A stretch of 48,321 nt of DNA from IMG/VR virus record IMGVR_UViG_3300025030_000039, positions 380,878-429,198 of that record, one strand, 5' to 3'. Source of the stretch: a virus. The notes below the pieces were generated by a model, which saw only the letters and a list, made by a program, of their open reading frames with translations, was not told where the DNA came from and ran no database searches. Made by a program: the position numbers and the translations under genes. This document shows positions 35,952 to 44,999 of this stretch, one piece after another; position 1 is the first letter of the stretch; the number at the start of each line of letters is the position of its first letter.

Positions 35952-36698
35952 TTATTTTATATTATTGAAATAATTATTAATTTCATTTAATTCACTTTCA
36001 GTATTAAAACTTTTTGTTAAAAATTTATCATCTAATATTAATAAATGAGCAGGTTCATTTATATTCCATAAATAATGAACAATATCTAAAAATATTAATT
36101 CTTTATTTATATACTTTCCATTTTTATCTAAAACATTATGAGCAGTTAATAAATGATTATAAAAATTATTATTTATCACAAATATAGATTGATCGTGATA
36201 TCCATCCGAAATTTTATCACCTCTTTTACTAAACATTGCTTGTTCTGCTTTATTGTCTGAAAATTTAAACCATACATACGGATTTTTTTCATATATTACA
36301 GGTATAGTAAGACTAGTAGTAGTTTTAATATTTGATATATTTTCAAACAATTCTTTATTTGAAAAATAAGTATCTCCCCAACAAATAGAAATATTATCAT
36401 ATACATTAGTATCTATAAATCCTAATGTTTCTAATATTGCATGCCCACAACCTCTTCCTGATTTAATAGGTATTAAATGTATTTTATCATCTAAATCTAT
36501 ATAATTATGTATAACTTCTTTATAAAGATCAAAATTTGTATGATTAGAGGCAATTATAATTTGATCATAAAATTCATAAGCATTTTCTATAGTATGCAAT
36601 AAATTTGGTTTACCGTTTATTAAAGATATCGCTTTAGGCAAATATCCCATTCTTGAACTGTCACCAGCCGCTATTATAAGTAATACTTTTTTATTCAT
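35952..36698 (-). CDS. IspD/TarI-family sugar(alditol)-phosphate cytidylyltransferase-like protein
   Basis: LLIIAAGDSSRMGYLPKAISLINGKPNLLH matches the AAGxGxRMG..PKQ...L.G.P glycine-rich loop of IspD/TarI/MobA-like NTP transferases. Confidence 0.5.
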   Translation of the reverse strand: MNKKVLLIIAAGDSSRMGYLPKAISLINGKPNLLHTIENAYEFYDQIIIASNHTNFDLYKEVIHNYIDLDDKIHLIPIKSGRGCGHAILETLGFIDTNVYDNISICWGDTYFSNKELFENISNIKTTTSLTIPVIYEKNPYVWFKFSDNKAEQAMFSKRGDKISDGYHDQSIFVINNNFYNHLLTAHNVLDKNGKYINKELIFLDIVHYLWNINEPAHLLILDDKFLTKSFNTESELNEINNYFNNIK

Positions 36699-37095
36699 TA
36701 GTAATGAGATCGAATGTAAATATTTTTTTAAAAATTATTTCTTGTTCATTTTGTGTGCCTGTAGATCTAATTCCAACTCTTAAATCATCTAAAATTTCTT
36801 TTGCTATATTACCTTTAGGTGTTTTTAATATTTCTAAATTAACATAAATTTCATTATCATTTTCATAATAAATGTCTGTTATAAGATGAGATACATTAGC
36901 TAAAGAAATTTCAAATTCAGTAGGATTATATAATTCTCCTAATAATGTTTTATTTTTAATTTTTTCTTTTAAGTGTTCTATATTTTGTTTTAGACTTTCC
37001 TTATTAACATTTACCCATCTAGGTTCTGTTAAATCTAATGCTAATGCTTTATAAGCAATAGGAATTAATTTATATTTTTCTTTATTCATTTTCAA
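36691..37095 (-). CDS. hypothetical protein (134 aa)
   Basis: ORF only. Confidence 0.35.
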   Translation of the reverse strand: MKMNKEKYKLIPIAYKALALDLTEPRWVNVNKESLKQNIEHLKEKIKNKTLLGELYNPTEFEISLANVSHLITDIYYENDNEIYVNLEILKTPKGNIAKEILDDLRVGIRSTGTQNEQEIIFKKIFTFDLITNE

Positions 37096-37552
37096 TAATT
37101 AAATTTGTAAAATATCTTTTTTTAATTTCAAAAAAATTATTTTTAGAATTTGAATATTTTTTTACAGTATCTTTATCACAATATCCAGCAAATATAATAT
37201 TTATTTCATTATGTGATATATTTTCAATTTGCATTAATGCAATATAATCAAATGTTAATTTTTTAAAATAAACATTATCGTGATATGTAGCTCTATTTGT
37301 TTTAACATCTATTTTAAATCCAGCATGTATAAAATCATATCCACCATCACCTTTAACATTATTAGTATAATTTATTTCTGATACTTTATCTTCAAATAAT
37401 TTTTTATACGCTAATTCACCTAATTTGCCTATAATAATATCTTTCTTAACTTTTCGTTTTTCTCTATATTGAGCATTATGATTATTGAAAGATTTATTTG
37501 CAAATTCAAATAAATCTTTCAATTCATTTCGTTTTATTTGTATTTTTATCAT
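37082..37552 (-). CDS. hypothetical protein (156 aa)
   Basis: ORF only. Confidence 0.35.
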   Translation of the reverse strand: MIKIQIKRNELKDLFEFANKSFNNHNAQYREKRKVKKDIIIGKLGELAYKKLFEDKVSEINYTNNVKGDGGYDFIHAGFKIDVKTNRATYHDNVYFKKLTFDYIALMQIENISHNEINIIFAGYCDKDTVKKYSNSKNNFFEIKKRYFTNLIIENE

Positions 37553-37928
37553 AATTGCTTTTAAATAATTCTATAAATTCAGGATAAAACCATCCTTTAA
37601 AATTTTTATCTTTTTCTAATTTTAAAATAAAATCATAAGACTCTTTAGATCCTATTTGTACATGTAATGTTTTAAGTTCTCTTTCACTTTCACGAAGTTT
37701 AATATGATCATTAGAAAAATTTCTAGCAATTTTATAAATATCTTTTGGATCAGGAGCATTATCAGGATTATGAACACGCTTCCAAATGAGATTATGAATA
37801 TAAGCACTTGCTGTTTTAGTATGATAATCTGTTTTAACTTCTTCTGAATATTCACGTTTAACAATATAATAGTATTGTAATTCTCCTATTGCTCCATCTT
37901 GTAATTCAAAAAATCCATCTTCTATCAT
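37524..37928 (-). CDS. hypothetical protein (134 aa)
   Basis: ORF only. Confidence 0.35.
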   Translation of the reverse strand: MIEDGFFELQDGAIGELQYYYIVKREYSEEVKTDYHTKTASAYIHNLIWKRVHNPDNAPDPKDIYKIARNFSNDHIKLRESERELKTLHVQIGSKESYDFILKLEKDKNFKGWFYPEFIELFKSNYDKNTNKTK

Positions 37929-37929
37929 T

Positions 37930-39768
37930 TTACGAAATTAATTTTAAAAGTTTCAATGTATCATGTGGATTATTGACATCATATACAATAGTTGTTTTAA
38001 CTTCTCTAAATACTGAATCGTTTCCTTTTTCTAATTCATCTCCGACGAATAAAATTGATGCGTCTTTAAATCTATTATATTCAAATATAACTAATTTACT
38101 ATATCCTTTATGCATTATGTCTATAGTAGATCTTCCATTTAATTTAATTTCATATTTATCTCCAATTAATACTTCTAAATCTTTCGCCTTTATTATTCTT
38201 TCATTTTCTTTAAATCGTCTAAATGAAATAATCACATTATTTCTATTTTCAAATTTATATACTGGTATATTACATTTAACTGCAGCATTATAAATTTCAT
38301 TAATTTGATCATTTGTTAATACATATTTATTAGTTAAGTAATGCGAAAAAATATATTCTCTTTTCTTATTATCCCATACACATTTACTATTTCCACCATC
38401 ACAAAATAACTCGTTTTTATAATCACCAGAAGTATTACAATATTTTTTAAGTTGTTTATTAATGTGCTCAACAGAATTACCAGTTAAAATTGAAAATTCT
38501 GGATTTTTATATATTATTTCTAGATTATGTCTAGATTCGTTAATAAATGAATCCTCGTATCTAGATACTAAAGTACCATCAAAATCAAATATAATTTTAT
38601 CTTTATTAATTAATTCTGTATAATAATTTCTAATAATTATTTTGGCTAAAAGATCACCATTATGTACACTTGCAATAGTTAGAGAATAAGGATCATTAAT
38701 AATATCTTCTGTTATAATATCATTAGTTAAAGCAGTTTCAATATATTTAAAAGAAGGATCAATTTTTCGCATACTTTCATGAGCATTAGAATTAACTATA
38801 GTTATTATGTCTTCTAATGGAAGATATTTATTTAGAATATGTTGCATTTGACCAGCATTTATGCCTTTCATATCGCTATCTTGTACATTATTCATAATTA
38901 AAAATTTTAAAGCTTTTGATTCTTTAATAATTTTTTTGAAGTCTTTATGTTTATAAGTAGGTATTAAAGAGGACCACTGTGTACCAGGTCCAAAAGTTAT
39001 GATATCTGCTTCTTTAATTTTTTCTAAAACTTCATTAGAAATTTCGGGAATTACTTCTTCATTTTTATTATTTACCAATCTAATATCTACTATAGGATCA
39101 TCTTCATTATCCCATTTAACAATAATTGCTTCATCTAATAGTAATTTACCAGATTTAGTAAATGCTTGTAAATATAAACTAACATCTGATATTAATAATA
39201 CTCTATCTTCAAGTATTCTAAATACCTCTTTAGCCATTATCTTACCAGCAGTCGCTAATGAAAAATTATTCAATCCAGCTAAACCTGCATATATCATGTT
39301 AGCAATAGAAAAATTATTAAATGATATTAAATCTATATTCCTTTGAGAAAAGAAACTATCTACAGCAGGATTAATTATATTATCTAAAATATTTAAATTT
39401 AATGTTTTATCTTCTTCATTAAATGAACAATTATTAATAATTTCTTTTTTTATTTCTAATAACATTTCATTAATATGATTAAAACTAGCATCTTTAGAAT
39501 TTAAATCTATTCTTTTAAATAAAAAACCTTTAATTAAATTAGCAAGTGGACTATTATCGATAAATCCATATGCGTATTCTTGATTTTTTCTTAAATCTGA
39601 AGGTCCTAATATTTTACCATCATAATTTTTTCTAACTTCTCCTGTTGATAATCCATTATCATAACAATTAGTTATTAAAGTTAAAGTTAAATCTTTATCA
39701 AGAAGTCTATCTAATCCATTTTGTAGAGTTATTGTACCTCCACCACCTGTAAATGATACTATTTTCAT
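37930..39768 (-). CDS. CofD/YvcK (UPF0052, 2-phospho-L-lactate transferase-like) domain fused to a C-terminal HAD-like hydrolase domain
   Basis: N-terminal KIVSFTGGGGTITLQNGL...LTLITNCYDNGLSTGEVRKNYDGKILGPSDLRKN parallels YvcK/CofD GGGTG..LL.GL...ITAIVTVADDGGSSGRLR..GI.PPGDIRN; residues ~395-405 KIIFDFDGTLV = HAD motif I. Confidence 0.5.
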   Translation of the reverse strand: MKIVSFTGGGGTITLQNGLDRLLDKDLTLTLITNCYDNGLSTGEVRKNYDGKILGPSDLRKNQEYAYGFIDNSPLANLIKGFLFKRIDLNSKDASFNHINEMLLEIKKEIINNCSFNEEDKTLNLNILDNIINPAVDSFFSQRNIDLISFNNFSIANMIYAGLAGLNNFSLATAGKIMAKEVFRILEDRVLLISDVSLYLQAFTKSGKLLLDEAIIVKWDNEDDPIVDIRLVNNKNEEVIPEISNEVLEKIKEADIITFGPGTQWSSLIPTYKHKDFKKIIKESKALKFLIMNNVQDSDMKGINAGQMQHILNKYLPLEDIITIVNSNAHESMRKIDPSFKYIETALTNDIITEDIINDPYSLTIASVHNGDLLAKIIIRNYYTELINKDKIIFDFDGTLVSRYEDSFINESRHNLEIIYKNPEFSILTGNSVEHINKQLKKYCNTSGDYKNELFCDGGNSKCVWDNKKREYIFSHYLTNKYVLTNDQINEIYNAAVKCNIPVYKFENRNNVIISFRRFKENERIIKAKDLEVLIGDKYEIKLNGRSTIDIMHKGYSKLVIFEYNRFKDASILFVGDELEKGNDSVFREVKTTIVYDVNNPHDTLKLLKLIS

Positions 39769-40043
39769 TTTAAAATTGTTAAAATTATCATATTAATAAT
39801 TGCGAATATAAACCAATACATTAAATATTCATTAGTATCCGAATTAAATTTTATACTAAATTCTTCTTGAGATATCTCTTTTATTATTTTATATCCCATA
39901 TAATTATATTCTATATTATTTGAATCAATATAAACATTTTTATTATTACTATTTTGAATAGCCTCATCTATTAATTTATCAGTTCCATTTATATTCAGAT
40001 AATACTGATCTTTATTTTGTATTTTAATTTTTTTCATAATCAA
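39765..40043 (-). CDS. hypothetical protein with C-terminal TM helix
   Basis: YLMYWFIFAIINMIILTIL. Confidence 0.35.
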   Translation of the reverse strand: MIMKKIKIQNKDQYYLNINGTDKLIDEAIQNSNNKNVYIDSNNIEYNYMGYKIIKEISQEEFSIKFNSDTNEYLMYWFIFAIINMIILTILK

Positions 40044-40729
40044 AAATCGGGATTTGTAATTCTTATATCGTAAGTTGTAAAATTTTCAAAATCTAATTCA
40101 TCTGCTTCTAATCTTCTATTTAAACTATCACCTGGCATTTTTCTTTGTGCTAATCTAGTTTTTCTAACAGTTTTAGGTATGTCAAAATACATTATAAAAC
40201 AATTTTTTCTATCAGCTTGTGAAATTTTAGATATACCAGATGGTGTCATTATAAAAATATCATCTTTATAAAATTGTTGTTTTGATGTTCCATAATGCCA
40301 TCCATTAAAACTAACGTATTCATACCAAAACCTTGATTGTATTTTTTCTTCAAAATCTTTATTTGAAATAAAAACATAATCTTTATTATTTACTTCTCCA
40401 TCTCTTGGTGGCCTAGTAGTATACGATGTAGCATACACATATCCTTTATCTTCAAATAATTTTCTAGCATAATCTTTGCCAGATGCAGCTGCTCCTACTA
40501 ATATTATTCTTTTATGATTTCTATAAAAATATTTTACTTCTATTGTGCATGTTTGCATACTTCTAGCAACTGGTAAAATATTAATTTCTTGAATATCAAC
40601 CATTATAGGATCTAAACCATTTCTAATTAAATTTTTTTCTAATATAATATTAGTCAATTTATTATTTCTATCATATTTTTCAAATAAGCTAGAATCATCT
40701 TTTGATATTATAAAAGTTGTAGATAACAT
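40040..40729 (-). CDS. guanylate-kinase-fold nucleoside monophosphate kinase with ~75-aa N-terminal extension and atypical P-loop GAAASGKD
   Basis: YATSYTTRPPRDGEVNNKDYVFISNKDFEEKI...GWHYGTSKQ aligns with GMK TTRPPRPGE..G.DY.FVS..EF...I...YGTS; P-loop ends in D (as in T4 Dnk GVKRSGKDT) rather than S/T. Confidence 0.5.
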   Translation of the reverse strand: MLSTTFIISKDDSSLFEKYDRNNKLTNIILEKNLIRNGLDPIMVDIQEINILPVARSMQTCTIEVKYFYRNHKRIILVGAAASGKDYARKLFEDKGYVYATSYTTRPPRDGEVNNKDYVFISNKDFEEKIQSRFWYEYVSFNGWHYGTSKQQFYKDDIFIMTPSGISKISQADRKNCFIMYFDIPKTVRKTRLAQRKMPGDSLNRRLEADELDFENFTTYDIRITNPDF

Positions 40730-41253
40730 TATATTTTCATTTTAAAATTATGTTGTTTAATAATTGCTAATATAGCTTCTGCATTTCCTTTTGCATCGTC
40801 TAAAGCATTATGTGTATGCTTGGTTTTTCTTAAATGTTTAAAAGAAGCATAATAATCTCCTGCTATACCTTTATATAGTGATGTTAAACTTGTACAACTA
40901 AATCCAAAGGGATTTGATTGAGTATAATGATTTAAATACCAACACATAAACATCCAATCAAATCCAGCATTATCTGCTATCATTCTAGGTTGTCCTATAT
41001 TTGTTTTTAAAATCCAGTCTTTGAATTCAAGCATAACATCTAATGGATTTCTAAACGTTATACATTGATCTCTGGTAAATCCTGATACTGATAATGCTTC
41101 TGGAATCCATTTTTGTGAAATAGGTTTAAGTTCTGTGTAAAATGTTTTGTCTAATTTTCCTTCTTTATCTATCATTACAGCACCAAACGAAATCATTGAA
41201 TAGTCACCAGGTATAGGGCCATCAGCCTCTACATCTATTGAGAAAAAACTCAT
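40729..41253 (-). CDS. DEDDh-family 3'-5' exonuclease (DnaQ/oligoribonuclease/T4 DexA-like)
   Basis: FFSIDVEADGPIPG (Exo I), MIADNAGFDWMF (Exo II), HNALDDAKGN (Exo III with His). Confidence 0.5.
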   Translation of the reverse strand: MSFFSIDVEADGPIPGDYSMISFGAVMIDKEGKLDKTFYTELKPISQKWIPEALSVSGFTRDQCITFRNPLDVMLEFKDWILKTNIGQPRMIADNAGFDWMFMCWYLNHYTQSNPFGFSCTSLTSLYKGIAGDYYASFKHLRKTKHTHNALDDAKGNAEAILAIIKQHNFKMKI

Positions 41254-41309
41254 AGTTATTTAATTTTAAATTTATTTAATTATAAGGGAATAATTAATTT
41301 AGTTTCGCA

Positions 41310-42107
41310 TTAAACCGATGTAGTTTTAGCGAAATGATTTTCTAATCTTTGTAATAGTTTTGTTGTTACAAATTTAGTATCTAAAGGCATATCTGATTTA
41401 TTAATAATCCAGCTAAAATAGCTTTTATCTGTCTTAAAAACTTCAGCTACGGTTTTTCCTTGATATTTACCAAAATTAAAAATGATTTTTTTATCTTCAG
41501 TCATTTTAAATCTTCTAGCATAATCAACAATGTTAGGTTCATTAATCAATTTATCGATTTCATCTATTGATGAAGGCATTTTTTCACCATAAACCTCTAA
41601 TTGTTTATTAAATATTTCTATTGTTGCATCTATATCAGCTTCTGCTGTATGCGCATTTTCTAATGTTTTTCCTGTATATTTTTCGTATACTGCTTCTAAT
41701 TTTCTAGATTCCATCGTAGTTAAAATTGAATATGCATCTATAACTCTAACTTGACGAGGATCATAATTAATTCCAGCTCTCATGAATTCTTCAATTAGTA
41801 TTGGAATATCAAATCTCATACAGTTATATCCACCTAAATCACAATTATTTATAAATGAAAATATTTCATTTGAAACAGATTTAAATGTTGGACTATTTTT
41901 AAGATCTTCTAAACTAATACCATGTTTTTCGAAAGCACCAAGTTCAATCGTTTTTCCCTCTGGATTAATCCTTGAATAATATACTGCTGTAGAATAATCT
42001 ACATTAATTTTTTTAATACAAATTTCTATAATTCTATCTTGTGATATATTTAAGCCTGTCGTCTCTACATCAAAAAAGGCTATACTTTTATTTAATTTTA
42101 TTTTCAT
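41310..42107 (-). CDS. DnaQ(epsilon)-like 3'-5' exonuclease with C-terminal extension
   Basis: IAFFDVETTGL, GYNCMRFDIPIL, HTAEADIDAT. Confidence 0.55.
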   Translation of the reverse strand: MKIKLNKSIAFFDVETTGLNISQDRIIEICIKKINVDYSTAVYYSRINPEGKTIELGAFEKHGISLEDLKNSPTFKSVSNEIFSFINNCDLGGYNCMRFDIPILIEEFMRAGINYDPRQVRVIDAYSILTTMESRKLEAVYEKYTGKTLENAHTAEADIDATIEIFNKQLEVYGEKMPSSIDEIDKLINEPNIVDYARRFKMTEDKKIIFNFGKYQGKTVAEVFKTDKSYFSWIINKSDMPLDTKFVTTKLLQRLENHFAKTTSV

Positions 42108-42247
42108 TTTATAATTTTATTGCAAATTATTAATATTAAGTTAATTTAAATAATATTTCGGTATTTGCTATTAAATCTTAATTATAATTTAATATGGCAT
42201 TATATTAAATTATATGCTATTACGGATATGCACCGGTTAGGACTTAA

Positions 42248-42526
42248 TTAGGTAAAATATTTTTTAAGAGTTTCAATTGATAAATCTGCGTTTTTTAATT
42301 GCTCTGTATATTCAACTAATTTTGTTAAAATACTTTTATCCTGTAAAACAGATATATCCTCAAGAGTAAAAGCCTTGCTTAAAACAGCTAAGGCTTCATC
42401 TCTTCGAGATTCATAATATCTAAATAATGATTTAAATAAAAGTTCTTGTGTACTTTCATTTTCATTATGTTCAGAATCTTCAGGAATCTTATTTAATGGA
42501 TTATTATGATTTTTAATTAATTCCAT
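42248..42526 (-). CDS. hypothetical protein (92 aa)
   Basis: ORF only. Confidence 0.35.
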   Translation of the reverse strand: MELIKNHNNPLNKIPEDSEHNENESTQELLFKSLFRYYESRRDEALAVLSKAFTLEDISVLQDKSILTKLVEYTEQLKNADLSIETLKKYFT

Positions 42527-42756
42527 TATATTGATTTAAAATCAAATTTATCTTTTATATTATTATTGAAAAATGTTCCTTGAGAATCTGAATATACAAA
42601 TTTATTAAATGTATCTTCATCGACATTGTAATAATTATAACATTTTCCACCTTTAAATTCTACTGTTAAAACATTTTTAGTATGGTTATAGCTACTTTTA
42701 ACAATCATAGTTGAATCAAATTCGTGATTCGAAATTTTTTCTGCTGTTTTTTTCAT
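42526..42756 (-). CDS. KTSC-domain protein
   Basis: SSYNHTKNVLTVEFKGGKCYNYYNVDEDTFNKFVYSDSQGTFFNNNI fits KTSC pattern (...L.VeF.nG..Y.Y.dV....f......S.G.ff...I). Confidence 0.45.
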   Translation of the reverse strand: MKKTAEKISNHEFDSTMIVKSSYNHTKNVLTVEFKGGKCYNYYNVDEDTFNKFVYSDSQGTFFNNNIKDKFDFKSI

Positions 42757-42775
42757 AAATTTATTTTTAAATTGT

Positions 42776-43255
42776 TTATAATATTTCTATTCTATTATGT
42801 ATTTCCATTTTAACTAAAACATTACTAGATTTATCGTTATAATTAGATTTTTCTTCTATATAAAGATTATACTCTTTAACACAATGATTATTAACAAAAA
42901 AATACATTATATGAAAATTTTGTTTTTTACTAAAAAGGCTATATATAATAGTATCATTATCAGTATTATGTGTTATATCTAAACTAAAATGTTCAAGCAT
43001 TACCTTTTCAAGTATTTCTTCATGAGTACGAATTCCACATTCTGGACTACAGACTGATACAGTAACTAAAACATTACTTTCATTTATATATGAATAACAT
43101 TTATTTTCTAATTCTTCATATACATAATTAATCATTGGAATATAAGAGTCTTTAACTAAATTTATGTATACTCCATTTATTTCAACTTGTTTATTTTCTT
43201 GACTAAACGACATTAATGTTAATATTATTAATGCTAAAGTAAAAATTTGTTTCAT
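42776..43255 (-). CDS. hypothetical secreted protein (signal peptide)
   Basis: MKQIFTLALIILTLMSFSQ N-terminus. Confidence 0.4.
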   Translation of the reverse strand: MKQIFTLALIILTLMSFSQENKQVEINGVYINLVKDSYIPMINYVYEELENKCYSYINESNVLVTVSVCSPECGIRTHEEILEKVMLEHFSLDITHNTDNDTIIYSLFSKKQNFHIMYFFVNNHCVKEYNLYIEEKSNYNDKSSNVLVKMEIHNRIEIL

Positions 43256-43256
43256 A

Positions 43257-43376
43257 TTATTTCATATTATCTGCTAAAGTGAAAAGCAGTAGTTTATTAA
43301 AATCTATTAAATCAGTTTCTGTATTGCCTATTCTATTCATTAGTTTTTTTCGTTTAGAGTCTTTCATTTCATAAAA
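43257..43376 (-). CDS. possible small ORF (39 aa) below ORF-track cutoff
   Basis: MKDSKRKKLMNRIGNTETDLIDFNKLLLFTLADNMK read by hand on minus strand; stop 2 nt from next ATG. Confidence 0.2.
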   Translation of the reverse strand, partial: FYEMKDSKRKKLMNRIGNTETDLIDFNKLLLFTLADNMK

Positions 43377-43380
43377 AACT

Positions 43381-43836
43381 TTAATTTTTCATATGATTTT
43401 CAACTAACCATTTTATTAAAATTACATCACCACCTAAATCCTCAATAAATTTAATATTTTCTTTTTCATTTATAAATTTAATAGCAAGTGTTGGATGATC
43501 ATGAGTTTTTAATTTTCCAGTTTTCATATTTAATAAAAAACGATTTATTGAAAAATGTTTATTATCATTGAATTCTTCCATTGCTAATTTATAATCATTA
43601 TTTATATCTAAAATAGCAGCGTCAAATTTACATATATCGTGATATAAACCTGCCAATATTAAATTAATATCATTTGTAGTAATTAATTTTTCAACAACAA
43701 TTTTAATATGCTCTGCTGTATTTTTTTCAGAATGAAAATCACTTCTTTCTTTTAAACGTTTGCATTGAAGAAATTTTTGTATTAAAAATAAAGGAGCAAT
43801 ATTTAATAAATCATAAATAGAATTAATTTTATGCAT
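43381..43836 (-). CDS. HD-domain phosphohydrolase-like protein
   Basis: H..H...(EHIKIV) ... LILAGLYHDICKF (HD motif). Confidence 0.45.
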   Translation of the reverse strand: MHKINSIYDLLNIAPLFLIQKFLQCKRLKERSDFHSEKNTAEHIKIVVEKLITTNDINLILAGLYHDICKFDAAILDINNDYKLAMEEFNDNKHFSINRFLLNMKTGKLKTHDHPTLAIKFINEKENIKFIEDLGGDVILIKWLVENHMKN

Positions 43837-43874
43837 TATAAATTTATATGGGATATTAATAAATTGTTTAAAAA

Positions 43875-44075
43875 TTAATGTGTTCCGTTAATTAATGAGA
43901 TTCCATGTTTTAAACCTCTTATAAAATCATCTTTTTCGAATCCTAAATCATTTGAAATATATTTACCGATTACAATACCTATAATATTACCAACATCTCC
44001 AAGATCACCTTTTTCAAATGATACTTTATCTATTTCATTTTTAATTTCTAAAAATATTTTTTCTAAGTTTTGCAT
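43875..44075 (-). CDS. hypothetical small protein (66 aa)
   Basis: ORF only. Confidence 0.3.
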   Translation of the reverse strand: MQNLEKIFLEIKNEIDKVSFEKGDLGDVGNIIGIVIGKYISNDLGFEKDDFIRGLKHGISLINGTH

Positions 44076-44322
44076 TGAATATAATATTAATAATTAAAAA
44101 AAATAATTGCAGCGGTGCAATAACTATAAATAAAAAAATTAAAATAACAATTAATATTAAAACTATAATTGTATAAATAATACCTACTTTATTAGTTTCT
44201 TTAAATAAAGAATTTAATGTTTCATTTAATTTATATGTTTCATTTTTAAGTATTATAAAACATATTAATGTATATAAAAATCCAATAAAAATCCAATTAG
44301 TAATAAATTGATTTAATTCCAT
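44041..44322 (-). CDS. hypothetical small membrane protein (two TM segments)
   Basis: WIFIGFLYTLICFIIL and IIYTIIVLILIVILIFLFIVIAPLQLFFLIINIIF. Confidence 0.4.
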   Translation of the reverse strand: MELNQFITNWIFIGFLYTLICFIILKNETYKLNETLNSLFKETNKVGIIYTIIVLILIVILIFLFIVIAPLQLFFLIINIIFNAKLRKNIFRN

Positions 44323-44597
44323 CTTGCTCCAGTTAAATCTTCAATTAATTGTTCAAAATCTAAACATATTGATTGTAATTTAGTTTTAACCATACTATGT
44401 GTTTCAGAATAATTATTTATTACTTCATTTTCATTATATAGTGTTTTTGTAATATCAATCATTCCATTTTCTCTAACTGTAACAAAAATATCTGAATTAA
44501 TTTCACAACACCATATTGTTTCCATATCAGTTAATTCAAATTTTTTATCTAATCTATTTTCTAATAAACTTTTTAATCTTATTGCTGATAGTTCCAT
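44313..44597 (-). CDS. hypothetical protein (94 aa)
   Basis: ORF only. Confidence 0.35.
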   Translation of the reverse strand: MELSAIRLKSLLENRLDKKFELTDMETIWCCEINSDIFVTVRENGMIDITKTLYNENEVINNYSETHSMVKTKLQSICLDFEQLIEDLTGARWN

Positions 44598-44608
44598 ATA
44601 AATATATT

Positions 44609-44995
44609 TTAAATTAAAAGATTTCTAGCTATAGAAGATGCATCTTGTCCATTATACTGACCTACATATTTATTATTTAGAAAACTCATTATTTTTCCTA
44701 TAGAATTTTTACCAATTAAATTAGAATTAGATATTTCTTGTTTAATTATTTCTTCTAATTGTTCTTTTTCTAATAATTTAGGTAGATATTCCTTTAAATA
44801 TATATTCTCATGTTCACAGTGCGTAATTTCATTATTTTCAACCATTTTTTTAATAATTCTTATTACATCACTATCACTTGGATCTTTAGATTCTCTATCT
44901 AATTCACCTATTAAAGTTCCTAATACTAATCTTTTTTCAGGCTGCTTATTTATCATAGCCTGTTTACGATCATCAATTATTTTTTCTTTTAACAT
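44609..44995 (-). CDS. YqeY/GatB-domain protein
   Basis: pattern ...KQPEKRLVLGTLIGELDRE...DSDVIRIIKKMVENN...EYLPKLLEKEQLEEIIKQEI...IGKIMSFLNNKYVGQYNGQDASSIARNLL resembles YqeY. Confidence 0.4.
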   Translation of the reverse strand: MLKEKIIDDRKQAMINKQPEKRLVLGTLIGELDRESKDPSDSDVIRIIKKMVENNEITHCEHENIYLKEYLPKLLEKEQLEEIIKQEISNSNLIGKNSIGKIMSFLNNKYVGQYNGQDASSIARNLLI

Positions 44996-44999
44996 ATTT

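Noticed and set aside
35952-36698. CofC (2-phospho-L-lactate guanylyltransferase) identity, which would pair neatly with the CofD-like gene
   Set aside because: The glycine-rich loop AAGDSSRMG..PKA matches IspD/TarI/MobA-type enzymes; CofC lacks this loop. Called IspD/TarI-like instead.
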